Assembly (NCBI GenBank): GCA_032718475.1
Contig: JAUCBJ010007653.1
Coordinates: 1 to 43,269, forward strand
Length of the DNA: 43,269 nt
Direction of reading: 5' to 3'
Source of the DNA: Nemertoderma westbladi
Lineage: Eukaryota; Animalia; Xenacoelomorpha
Position 1 is the stretch's first letter; every line of letters begins with the position of its first letter. Positions 21,957 through 32,838 of the stretch are shown one piece after another. The notes beneath the pieces were generated by a model. It was given only the letters and a program-made list of their open reading frames with translations, had not been told where the DNA came from and searched no databases. The position numbers and the translations under genes were made by a program.

Positions 21957-24932
21957 ATGGAGGTAGGGAGTCAGTGGGGTCGAACTTCGGGAGATTGCCG
22001 TCGCCCCGGAGAAACGCACCGCACGCCAAGAGAGGGGTACAGGACGTACCGATATGAAGACGAGAGCAGGATAGGGGATCGAAGAGAAGCTTCCCGACGG
22101 GATGTAGCTGCCGATCGAGAGTACGGTAGTCGCGGGGAGATTCGAGATTCGCGAAGAATAAACTTCGGTTCGGAAGGGCACATGCAGACTGCAGGACATA
22201 CTGTAGGCCTTACTGCACATACTATTATAGGCCATGCTGGGAGAGATAGAGTAGGCGATAGGGTAGCGCGGACGACGGGATTAAACCCGGAAGTCGCGGA
22301 GTACATACCGGTAGGTAGGCAAGAAGTGAATAGGCCTATATCGGTACCGGTACAGCAGCATGACTATAATTTCCAGGGACACAACATATATCCAGGGGAG
22401 GGGGGAATTATTGCAGATAGATGTATGGGCCCCAATATATTAACATCAACCCCAGTACCAAACATACCGGTGGGAGGGGGACAGGGTGACATTCCCCCAT
22501 CACAATATCAACAATATACCCCAATAGGAGCGAGAACATCGAACCCCTTGGACGAGAACAGATCATGCGACACGGAAATATGGAGGGGGCCGTTACCCCC
22601 AATGATATATCCGACGCAAAGGACATCAACAGATAGGACGGACGGACCGCACCCAACAGGAGAAACTATACAACATCCATCGAACCCATTAGAAGCGCAA
22701 GCGATGGGAATGGCCACATTGATCGATGCGTTAAAAACTAGGATCGAGTTACCACCTGTGGAACCATTTAAATTCGATGGGAGTAGGCCGGAAGAATATC
22801 TACAGTTTCGGCGCATGTATAGTAACGAAATATTAAGTAAGAACTTGACGCAGGCGGAGTGCCTAAAATATCTGCAAGTATATACAGGAGGCCCAGCATA
22901 CGACATCGTGAGGCAATACCAGGGCATCGAGGGCGGCTTCACGACAGCATGGCGGGCGCTAGATAGGGAATACGGGCACCCGGCCAAGATCATCCGGCAA
23001 ACCCTGAGAGGCATAACATCGGATGGCCTACAGGACAATCCCGTTAGCATAAGGACCTTTGCAAACAAGGTCGAGAAGGCGTTAATCGTGTTAAAGACGC
23101 TAGACGCACCATACGAACTCAACGCGTCTAACAACATCACCACGATAGCGCAGGCACTGCCGGTCTGGTTACGAAGGAAGTGGAGGAAAATCGCTTTCTC
23201 CACACGGGAAAAGAAGGGTGCGGAACCGGGCTTAGAAGAGATGTCGAGCTTCCTCAACTATGAAGCCGAATTAATAACAGACCCAGTCTATAGCGAGGAT
23301 AGTTTGGGGACAAGCCATAAACCCGAACACGATCCTGCAGATCCATTCCCGAGAGTAGGACAATCACTACCACATGCGGCCACACAGGGGACTGCTAGTC
23401 CACAGTTAGCTGGTAGCAGGGCCACACCGTGGCAGGGACAGAAAAAAAATAACACCATAAATAAACATAATCCCAACATACCCAGTAGGCCGAGTACAGA
23501 CAACCAAAACACTAAATCGGTACATATAAACCTACGCGCGATATGTGAAGGACTATACAGGGGACGCTATAATCCAGGATTCGAATGTCAATTACATCGG
23601 GATGGAACACATAAGACCAGGAGTTGTAAGCACTGGCAAGCGTTGCCCAAACAAGATCGTATAGCCTACACAGACGCAAATGGGCTATGTCATCGATGTG
23701 TGGTAGCAGGACACAGACCCGGAGAGTGTAGAGAAACAGCAGCAAGAGAGGAGGAGACTGGAGGCCAAACAGCAGCCAGAAGCACGACAGAAGAGGAGAA
23801 GAAGAGAAAAGTACTACTCGGAGTAGTACCAGTAAAGATATCAGGAGAGGGTGGTCAATCAGTAACGACATTAATGCTGGTCGACAGCGGAGCTGCCTTC
23901 ACGCTGGTGGAGAACTGGGTGGCCGAAGAGATAGGGCTAAAGACAAGGCCGAATAGAATGGCGGTGACTACCGTCTCGAGTAAAGATGAGGTCCTGGAGA
24001 CGAGGGCGGGGCGGTGCAGGATAGCAGCGATTGCACCGGGATACGACTATGGGTCGACGATCGACCCCATCCACGTCATAGAATCGATAAACATCAACGC
24101 CAGGCGACCAACCAACATTGAGGTCGAACAATATAGATTCCTGGACGGTATCGATTTCTCAATACCAAAGGTGGACGTTAGGAAGGTGTCCATTATAGTA
24201 GGGATGGACTGCCCGACGGCCCACGAGAGAACGAAGACGGTCTTCGGCGAAGACAGGCAGCGGGATCCGACGGCGATCCTCACGCCGTTCGGGTGGATGC
24301 TTAGCGGCCCAGTTAAAACTAAGATCCCATGCAGTGTGACAGAGACATCAGGGTGCATGTTACCAGGCACCACAGGCACAGAGGACGAAGAGGAGAAACA
24401 GGAGATAGTAGAGCCAGATAGGGAGGTGTCAGTAAGAAAGTGGGCAGAGGAGAGTAGGTTTCCCAACAAGCATCGGTATGGAGATGGAGCGGAGCGGACG
24501 GCGAGGTGTCCGGAGGACAACACTCTGGGGGAGTGCCCGGAGGAGTGTCGGGAGGAGTGTCTAGAGGAGTGTCTGGAGGAGTGTCCAGAGGAGTGTCCGG
24601 AAGAGACGCAGGTCCGGTTTGGAGGCATACCGACAAGGGGGAAGTCGAGAAGGAAGGCAGGACGGAAAGGGATAGGACTACTATTGTACCTACTGTTCTG
24701 CCTGTTCTTTCACTTTCGGTTCGTTCTGCAGGCGGGGGGCAGCAGGGATTTGATGCCAGGAGACGAGCTAGTTAAGAAGACGATGGAGAGACCCAACCTT
24801 GGGGTGGTGAAAGTGGGAGAGCCAATCCCTGGTCAGGTGGAATTGGCGAAGAGGGTGTGGCGAAGAGTAAGAGGACGTATAGGATGGCAGTGGGAGAGTG
24901 CCTACTGGAAGAAGGGGCACCTTAGAGTTTAG
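21957..24932 (+). CDS. gag: BEL/Pao Gag (DUF1759-like domain, zinc knuckles) plus aspartic protease (DUF1758-like); no RT/RH/IN
   Basis: IELPPVEPFKFDG..EEYLQF...AWRALDREYG (BEL Gag). CQLH...H....C and CHRCVVAGHRPGEC knuckles. LLGVVPVKI...MLVDSGAAFTLV and IIVGMD...AILTPFGWMLSGP (protease). Confidence 0.88.
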   Translation: MEVGSQWGRTSGDCRRPGETHRTPREGYRTYRYEDESRIGDRREASRRDVAADREYGSRGEIRDSRRINFGSEGHMQTAGHTVGLTAHTIIGHAGRDRVGDRVARTTGLNPEVAEYIPVGRQEVNRPISVPVQQHDYNFQGHNIYPGEGGIIADRCMGPNILTSTPVPNIPVGGGQGDIPPSQYQQYTPIGARTSNPLDENRSCDTEIWRGPLPPMIYPTQRTSTDRTDGPHPTGETIQHPSNPLEAQAMGMATLIDALKTRIELPPVEPFKFDGSRPEEYLQFRRMYSNEILSKNLTQAECLKYLQVYTGGPAYDIVRQYQGIEGGFTTAWRALDREYGHPAKIIRQTLRGITSDGLQDNPVSIRTFANKVEKALIVLKTLDAPYELNASNNITTIAQALPVWLRRKWRKIAFSTREKKGAEPGLEEMSSFLNYEAELITDPVYSEDSLGTSHKPEHDPADPFPRVGQSLPHAATQGTASPQLAGSRATPWQGQKKNNTINKHNPNIPSRPSTDNQNTKSVHINLRAICEGLYRGRYNPGFECQLHRDGTHKTRSCKHWQALPKQDRIAYTDANGLCHRCVVAGHRPGECRETAAREEETGGQTAARSTTEEEKKRKVLLGVVPVKISGEGGQSVTTLMLVDSGAAFTLVENWVAEEIGLKTRPNRMAVTTVSSKDEVLETRAGRCRIAAIAPGYDYGSTIDPIHVIESININARRPTNIEVEQYRFLDGIDFSIPKVDVRKVSIIVGMDCPTAHERTKTVFGEDRQRDPTAILTPFGWMLSGPVKTKIPCSVTETSGCMLPGTTGTEDEEEKQEIVEPDREVSVRKWAEESRFPNKHRYGDGAERTARCPEDNTLGECPEECREECLEECLEECPEECPEETQVRFGGIPTRGKSRRKAGRKGIGLLLYLLFCLFFHFRFVLQAGGSRDLMPGDELVKKTMERPNLGVVKVGEPIPGQVELAKRVWRRVRGRIGWQWESAYWKKGHLRV

Positions 24933-25086
24933 TCGTCCAAGGTTTTGGACTGAGGGGGGCGAGACGAGACGCCCTTCCCACAAGAAAATTAATTATTTAA
25001 TTAAAAATAAACAATAAAAATAATTAAATAATAGTTAGAAGAGATAGTAAGTAGTAGTCAGGAGATAAGTTAGAAGAAGTAAGTAA

Positions 25087-26248
25087 GTTAGAAGGCGGCG
25101 GGGTAAGGGAGTGTGGCATATTGTCATGCCACGAGTAGTAGTAGGGGGGTTGTGGGCACTGTAAGCGCCACGTAGAAGGAGAGTAGGTTAGAAGGCGGCG
25201 GGGTAAGGGAGTGTGGCATATCATGCCACGAGTAGTAGTAGGGGGGTCGTGGGCACCGGAAGCGCCACGTAGAAAGTAGTAGTAGGGGGGTCGTGGGCAC
25301 CGGAAGCGCCACGTAGAAAGTAGCGGTGGTAGAGAGGTTGTGGGCACCGGAAGCGCCACGTAGAAAGTAGCAAGAGAGTGGTTGTGGGCACCGGAAGCGC
25401 CACGTAGAAAGTAGTAGCGGAGAGTGGTCGTGGGCACCGGAAGCGCCACGTAGAAAGTAGTAAGAGAGAGGTTGTGGGCACCGGAAGCGCCACGTAGAAA
25501 GTAGTAAGAGAGTGGTTGTGGGCACCGGAAGCGCCACATAGAAAGTAGTAGCAGAGAGTGGTTGTGGGCACCGCAAGCGCCACGTAGATAGAGGTATTAG
25601 TGGAGGTGGAGATGTAGATAGAGTAGAGTGGTAGAGACGGGCACATAGGGTGCCAGCTAGTAGAGTTAGAGATAGTAGAGAGTTAGTAGAGTTAGAAAGA
25701 TAGTAGCAGAGTAGAAGCAGTAGAGTCTTCTAGACTATTGCTTCTACTGCTATTACTACTGCTTCTACTCTGCTACTATCTTTCTAACTCTACTAACTCT
25801 CTACTATCTCTAACTCTTAGTGGTTGTGGGCACCGTTAGCGCCACGTAGATGGAGGTAGAGTTAGTAAGAGGGTACGTAGTACCGGTTGTGGTTGTGGGC
25901 ACCGTTAGCGCCACGTAGATGGAAGTAGAGTTAGTAAGAGGGTACGTAGTACCGGTTGTGGTTGTGGGCACCGTTAGCGCCACGTAGATGGAGGTAGAGT
26001 TAGTAAGAGGGTACTTAGTACCGGTTGTGGTTGTGGGCACCGTTAGCGCCACGTAGATGGAGGTAGAGTTAGTAAGAGGGTACGTTGTACCGGTTGTGGT
26101 TGTGGGCACCGTTAGCACCACGTAGATAGAGGTAGAGAGTTAGAGGGTTTTAGTTAGAGTTAGTAGTAGAGTGGTTGTGGGCACCGCAAGCGCCACGTAG
26201 ATGGAGGTAGTAGCAGAGGGTTGTGGGCACCCTAAGCGCCCCGTAGTA
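25087..26248 (+). repeat. Array of 16 conserved GTGGGCACCGNNAGCGCCACGTAGA hairpin repeats with purine-rich spacers in the element's 3' non-coding region
   Basis: Copies at about 25152, 25249, 25293, 25340, 25384, 25430, 25474, 25518, 25564 (period mostly 44-47), then 25826, 25895, 25964, 26033, 26102 (period 69), 26177 and 26223. Confidence 0.9.
25662..25817. repeat. Perfect 62-bp inverted repeat with 32-nt spacer
   Basis: 25662-25723 is the exact reverse complement of 25756-25817. Confidence 0.92.
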
Positions 26249-26720
26249 GAAGAGTTAGAGTTAAAGTTAGTAGGCTTAGAGAGATAGTTAGAGTTAGTAA
26301 GATAGTTAAATAGTTAGCAAGTGAGTAGTAGGTAGATAGTATGATAGCACAGGGGTAGCATTAGAGGTCAGGGCCTTAAAGAGTGGCAGGGAGTAGAGAG
26401 GAGATAGTGAAAGGAACTGTTGGCGAGAGAGAAGAGTGCGATTCAGGTGTGGGGAGAGGGTAAGAGCGAGTTGAGTCAGAGAGCGGAGTTAGAGTGGTGA
26501 GAGTGTTGGGGAAACAAAAATTGTGTGAGGGAAGCGCACGATCGGCCCGACACGAGACGCCAGAGGGTAGTGAGATCATACCCATAGGGAGCGGCCTGGA
26601 AAGCCGACTCCAAGAAAACAACTCCACCCCACACCCGATAATAGATCGAGTTCCAGCGGAATTGAAGCGCACTTAGTGGTTGATTCTATCTTCTCACCGG
26701 GAAGATAGCATGGGGGGGAG

Positions 26721-27264
26721 TGTTAGCGAATCAATTCCGCCTCACCAAACCCCATAAAGTGAGCCATTAAACCGTAAAGCAATATTGGGAGCACGAGGTT
26801 GATTACCAATATCAACCTCGTGTCACCCCAATAAAGTGGGAAGGGAAGGAGAAACACACAATAGGGGTCAGGGGCCAAACCCCTAACCGAGAGAGAACAC
26901 AGGGAGTGAAGGGAAACACACCAGGGAAGGTGAAAGGGTGCCAACAGGGATATTAGCCAATGGGGGGACAGCATCGACTAGGTACAGTAATAAGGCCAAA
27001 CCGTGCAATATATATTACCGGTCGATGCAACAGTTGTTTAGTTATCTCAGTCTGTCACTCCAGTCATGGTAGTACGGTGACAATTTAGACCGTCATCGCC
27101 GTCACCAGTTTACTCAGTAATTACCGGTCAACTGCTATCTGCTATCTATATTTACCATATTATACATATTACCGAACATCAGAACTCTTTTACCTTTCAC
27201 ACACGGCGGGGACGCGTACATAAGCGACACCGGATAAACCGGGATCCTCTCGGATCCCGTCACA
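26721..27264 (+). repeat. BEL/Pao 3' LTR (544 bp)
   Basis: Preceded by the PPT and followed by TSD CAAAT. Confidence 0.95.
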
Positions 27265-27938
27265 CAAATTATATTAAAGAATTCCCGAATTCTCTTTAGC
27301 TTACAGTTAAAGGGCAGTGGTAGCTCTGATGAGTTCTCCAAGAAGTTTATGTGTGACATATCCTTAAAAGTTGGGGACCCAAGATCAAATCGCTTACTAA
27401 GTTCATGGAGACAATATCGGTAAACCATGATTAGAGGCCTACAAAGGCTCGAGGTAAAGGGCATAGTGATCTACCCATGTTTAACACACTGCCCAAACCG
27501 CAATATCTTGTCTTATTTCCGGAATTCAACATCATCGAGATGCTGATGATTTCTTTTAACATAGAATTTCCTTGTTTAGTACCCTTAGCAGACTTATAGC
27601 CGCACATATTAATTAATCCATTAAAATTAAGGAATACTGTTGTAAGTAAGTAATAAATGGATTTATGTTTAACTTTCTCAAATAGCTTGCTATAATTCAC
27701 ATTATCAAAAGCGGATGTATTATCCAGCTGACAAATAAACAGTCTCTGCCCGTTTCGTTATTTATATGTTATATTATGTTTATATATTATATAATTATTA
27801 CTGTTGTGGCTTTGGGGCAGGTGGTGAGAGAACGCCTGTGCGTTGGGTGTGGTGGGACATGACCTACTATAATAGGTCATGGGCGGGAGAAGATAAGAAG
27901 ATAGGATTTGATTTTTCACATTTGTCCCGATCACTTAA

Positions 27939-29497
27939 CCCTATTAAACCCGGGGGGGGGGGTCAATATGACCCCCCCCGTGGTTTTTTTAGTATAATTC
28001 TGAAACAAACGCAGTTGGCAATCTGAAATTTTATGACTTTTCCTAAAAATCTATTGTCTTCCTAGTAGTGAAAACCGTTTTCAAAAATATTGGGCACTTT
28101 TCGAGTTATAGCACCATTTTTTAACCCTACTTTTGGCACTTTTTTTGAGACGTTTTTTGAAAATTACATTTCATTAAATATGAATTGTAACATCTCTATT
28201 TTTGATTTACACCGGTTTTTTGGTGTTAGAAATTTGATGGAATTCATATAAATTGATTTAGAAATTTCAAACTTGTTTTTTTCGGTGGGTGCCAAATTTT
28301 GGTGCCAGCACCAAATTTTGAAATAAGTCAATTTTGTAAATTGATCGTTTGAAACTTATTTTTTACGCAATTGGGGTTTTTTGGGTTTCTGGATTCGATG
28401 AAATATATACGAGTTGCACCAAGCGTATCAAACTTGTATTTTTCGGTGCTGTGTGCAAATTTTGGTGCTAGCACGAAATTTTGAAAATCCATTCAATAGA
28501 TAAAATTGCTTGTGACAATTTATTTCTTGCGTTTTAGAGGTTTATGGCAGTTCTGAATTCAATGGAAAATATAATTATCGAACTAGACATCTCAAACTTT
28601 TATTTTTCGGATGTGGGTGCAAAATGTGGTGCTAGCACCAAATTTTGAAAACCATCAAATATATCAATTGATTGTGTCACCTTGTTTCTTGCGTTATACG
28701 GGTTTGTGATGGTTCTGAATTCAATGGAATCAGTAAAAATTTCATAAGAGTTCTCAAACTTGTATTTTTCGCCGGTGGGTGAAAATTGTTGTACCAGCAC
28801 CAAATTTTGGAAAATATGCAAATTGATAAGTATATAGTATCACCTTGTTTCTTGCGTTATACGGGTTTATGAGGGTCCTGAATCCGATGGAATCAATAAA
28901 AACAGCACTGGACATCGCAAACTTGTACTTTTTGGTGATGGGTACGAAATTTGGTGCTAGCACCAAAATTTGCCAAATTACGCCTAAAAATACAAGTAGC
29001 AATGATCTGGCATATTAGAAATGTATTCCATTAGAATCAGCGCCCTCGAAAACCTGAAAATGTGAATTTATAGCATCGTATAAGTGAGTTAAAAATTTTG
29101 TGTTTTAACTGAAAAGTGCTGGTTACTTGTTTTTTTCATTTTTTTTCCTACGCAGAGAGGACTAAACAGCCATTTATAGTAATCATATCATTTTTTAATA
29201 TTTTCCAATGTATTTTGCACCCCAGAAAACCTGTATTGAAAAATAATTAGCCGAAAATGTAACTTTCAAATTTGGTGAAAATTGTGCACTACTTGTAATT
29301 TTGGTGCTGCAATATAACCACCCCAGTACATTTTTTCGAAAAATTCTTTTTTCGGTCGGATCCAGACAAGTGATACCTATGTACAAACATAAAATCAGAC
29401 GTTTTCGTAAATATTTGTAGATTTTAGAGGGGGGGGGTCAATATGACCCCCCCCCCCCGGTATTTGTACAACATTTTATAGCCCGGTACTAATAGGG
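27939..29497. mobile_element. Non-autonomous piggyBac-like DNA transposon (1559 bp)
   Basis: TTAA|CCCTATTA...TAATAGGG|TTAA termini. Subterminal GGGGGTCAATATGACCCCC quasi-palindromes at both ends. Internal ~163-bp repeats. No transposase ORF. Confidence 0.88.
28200..28980. repeat. About 5 diverged ~163-bp internal tandem repeats, each with palindrome TTTGGTGCTAGCACCAAA
   Basis: Palindrome variants at about 28295, 28458, 28622, 28785 and 28948. Confidence 0.8.
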
Positions 29498-30732
29498 TTA
29501 AGACTTCCATTGCTTATCTGCTTTCCTACTGAACTGAGCACCGTGAAATTGTCGGCTTGATCAATCACTCAGTAATCCATTAGTCAACATATCTACCACT
29601 GAACATGGTAATTTAAAATTTACTATGTTGTTGCTTTAAGTTAAAAAAAACCATGAGAACGTAAGCATGTTTCGCTGCAGTTTATTTAATATGTAAAGAA
29701 AACGGATTGAGATTTTGCTATAATAATCGTGGTTTTTATTTGAATTACTGTTGGCCTTCAGTTGGCATATTGCATAGCATCTGTATACCATGTTGTTCCC
29801 ATGTTCTGTCCTATTCCCACTGGTGTTATATATAATAGAGACCTTTTGCCAACTTTTACACCCATCTCTTGAAATACTAACGACTTGTGTGTAACGATTT
29901 AATGATTGAAAAACATTAAGTTGGGATGGTCAGGAGTCAGTATTGTTGCAAGTCTCTCAACCCTTTTTCATAGTCAATAGGAGTGGCCGAAAAAAAATAA
30001 TGCGTGCTGATAATGTGACTGATCTCGAAATTAACAATGTGTTGGCATGCTGTATTTTTCTATAATCTCTATAATTTAATAAAAATGATCTTGAAATTGC
30101 TGATGATATACTTTCACTCTCCACCCCAAGGACCTTCGAGTGCTGCATATTTAGTTAACAGCACCGGGACTATATTGCTAACAGTATTCTTGGTCTCAGG
30201 GTATTAAACATTTACAGATCTTCAAAACGCATCTCAAGATCTAAAAGTTAAAAATTGGGAAGCATTGCCAAATTCTACCCCGTGGGAAAAGAAAATTGTG
30301 ATCTTTCACTGTTAGTAAAGCCAATAATACTTCCTGTAATCCCCCTTGCTCGATACTACAAGCGGTTGGCAGGTGGAGAGGTTAGCCGATCCTTCGGTAA
30401 AGCATATACCACGGGCCCACTGGAAAGGTAAAGCGAGCCACTTTGCAAAACTGCTATAATATATTAAGACATTGTGAGGAGTGGGAAAATGCGGAAGGTC
30501 GTCACTGGGAGTGCTTTACGTTGCATATACTACATAACAGATGGACCTACCGACCTCAAATATGCTACAGTGAAACATGAGACTCAACCACAAGTACAAT
30601 AATTGAATAAATATCATCGCAACCCTAATTCGTTTGTCACACTGTACTGCAGGAGATCAGTTCTCTACAATGTTTATTCTGCTGAATGTTCCTCTCTACT
30701 GTCAAGGTCCCTCTTCACTGGAGCTAATCTAA

Positions 30733-32838
30733 ATGCCCCTCTTGTATGCACGTGTTTGCATGTGTTTGCTGAGCAACAGCTATGAGGTTCTTGCCTCTGA
30801 GGCGGCAGATCACTGTGAGGTCTATACTGCCTTCACAGAGGCAGTTAAGTTAGCAGCTGTAGAAACAGTTGCTGTATACCCTCGAAACAGGAAACGGGCC
30901 CCCTGGACTGACAACAAAATTCAGAAGTGCCGAAATGACCTCTACAAGGCGCAGAAAGAGTCCCGACTCAAACAGACTACAGCGGCCAAGAATGCAGTTA
31001 AGGCTGCATCTAGGTCCCTGAACAGGCAGTACTCTGTTAATTTACAGGAGCTAATAAACCAACAGGTTGATGCCATCAATGATGCTGACGACAACAGGCA
31101 ATCATCCCAGGTATGGAGATCGTCAACTTGCTTGCTGGTCGAAAAAGCCAACCAACCACCAAGGTTAAGGCTGAATCACCAGCCGATCGCCTCAATGGTT
31201 GGAAGGCCCACTTTGAAAAGCTCCTCAATAATGACAGGGTATTGCCTGATAACTTTATAGAAGTAAAAGTGTCTGAGTCTGTACTCCCAGAAATTCCCAT
31301 TGGTGATATTTCCTTTGCAGAAGTGAAGGCGCTGCAAAGAGCATTAAGACCAATCGTGCCAGTGGAGTAGATGGTGTTCCCCCTGAGGTTTTTAAAATAC
31401 CTGAATGTTTAAAGCTCATCTATCCCATCATAGTAGACATGTACCGAACAACAAGAGTCCCACAAGAAATGAAAATAAGTTAGGTTGCCCTGGTGCCAGT
31501 TCCCAAGAAGGGCAACCTAACACTCTATGGTTCTTTTCGGGGAATCTCATTGATCTCGATTGCTGCAAAGCTATACAATAGAATTCTATTAAATCGCATC
31601 AGGGATCCCATTGAGAGACTGCTCCGTGGAAATCAGAATGGGTTCCGTAAAGGTCGTGGGACCATGGAGCCCATTTTGGCACTTAGAAGGATAATTGAAG
31701 AGTTATCAAAAAAGAAAGACAGGCATCTGGCTGTTATCTTTGTTGACTTCTTCAAGGCCTTTGATTCAGTCTCTCGCTCACGTATGTTCAGCATACTTTC
31801 ATTATATGGGATTCCTGGTGAAATTATTGCAGCAATTAGATCAGTAAACGATGGTTCGACAACATTTGTGTCTACTGTTGACGGTGACACAGAACCATTT
31901 GAAGTGTTATGGGGCGTCCTCCAGGGAGACACACTTGCACCATTCTTGTTCATAATTGTTGTTGACTATATTTTACGCATGTCCTTAGATCATCATAATG
32001 ATGATGGGGTGATGATAACTCCACCTACTGGCTCCAGAAGTCGAGGAAATCCTGCCAAGTACCTAACTGATCTAGACTTTGCTGATGACTTAGGAGTACT
32101 CTCAGAATCACTAGAGGGAGCCCAACGGCTCCTCAGCTCATTAGAACATGCTGCTTCTAGTGTTGGTTTTTTTATTAACTCCAGAAAGACCAAAATTTTG
32201 ACAGTTAACTTTGAAAGTCCTCAGCAAGTCTCTGATCGGATGAGCATTGAGCATTGAGCGGAAGTCAGGTGAGGACCTTATGGATGTCGTCTCTTTCCGG
32301 AGGTCAGGTGAGGATACGTAAGGGAAAGGCATGGGCAGCCTTGAATAGGCTTTCCAGGATTTGGAAGTCACCGAGAATTAATCGGAAACTTAAGGTCCGA
32401 TTATTTAGAGCAGCAGTAATTCCAGTACTCCTCTATGGGAGTACATGCTGGGCTCTAACTGCTGAGGACACTAAATCTCTGGATGGCACATTCACAAGAA
32501 TGCTACACCGGGTTCATTGTGTCAAGTACAATGCACACATCTCCAACCAGACACTATATAACATTGGAGGTGTCTCATTGGTTCCCCCAAGCTTGACACT
32601 AGAACAAAATCGCCTACGCTTTGCAGGACATTGCTTTCGCCGTGAGGACCAGCCAATGCATAATCTTGTACTTTGGCAGCCTCATGGAGTGAATAAGCAT
32701 GGTGGACAGCCCATGACTTTCTTGAGACGCATCTTAAAGGACACTGGCCTTGAAGATGCGGATGATCTAGCAAATGTCATGGGTGATAGGGAGTTGTGGC
32801 GGTGCCATTTTGTCGATAAGCCGGCACAGCATTCTTAA
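30733..32838 (+). pseudogene. RTE-clade LINE reverse transcriptase, disrupted (copy 1)
   Basis: PVPKKGNL...FRGISL, QNGFRKGRGT, FVDFFKAFDSV, GVLQGDTLAPFLF, LDFADDL, then RLRFAGHC...WQP. Broken by frameshifts, a stop and a deletion of the YLGS motif. Confidence 0.92.

Larger units (their letters stand above)
19152..27264 (+). mobile_element. BEL/Pao-derived non-autonomous LTR element (Gag-protease only), 8113 bp
   Basis: 544-bp LTRs TGTTAG...GTCACA at 19152-19695 and 26721-27264 (3 mismatches seen). TSD CAAAT at 19147-19151 and 27265-27269. PPT GGGGGGGAG at 26712-26720. BEL-type Gag and protease motifs. Confidence 0.92.

Noticed and set aside
20240-24636. Numerous antisense ORFs over the BEL element
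   Set aside because: Shadow frames of the GC-rich Gag-protease ORF.
25087-26248. CRISPR array interpretation of the hairpin array
   Set aside because: Spacers are low-complexity and related or identical to each other, there are no cas genes, and it lies inside an LTR element.
27324-27350. CTGATGAG as a possible third hammerhead core (also CTGATGA on the minus strand of the Gypsy LTRs)
   Set aside because: No stem II followed by GAAA and no closing stems.
29840-30150. Possible minus-strand CR1/L2 tail remnant
   Set aside because: Only faint peptide resemblance across several frameshifts, which is not supportable without a search.
30335-30480. Possible RTE 5' UTR or HDV-like ribozyme upstream of the LINE
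   Set aside because: I could not build the nested double pseudoknot by eye; it needs a descriptor search.
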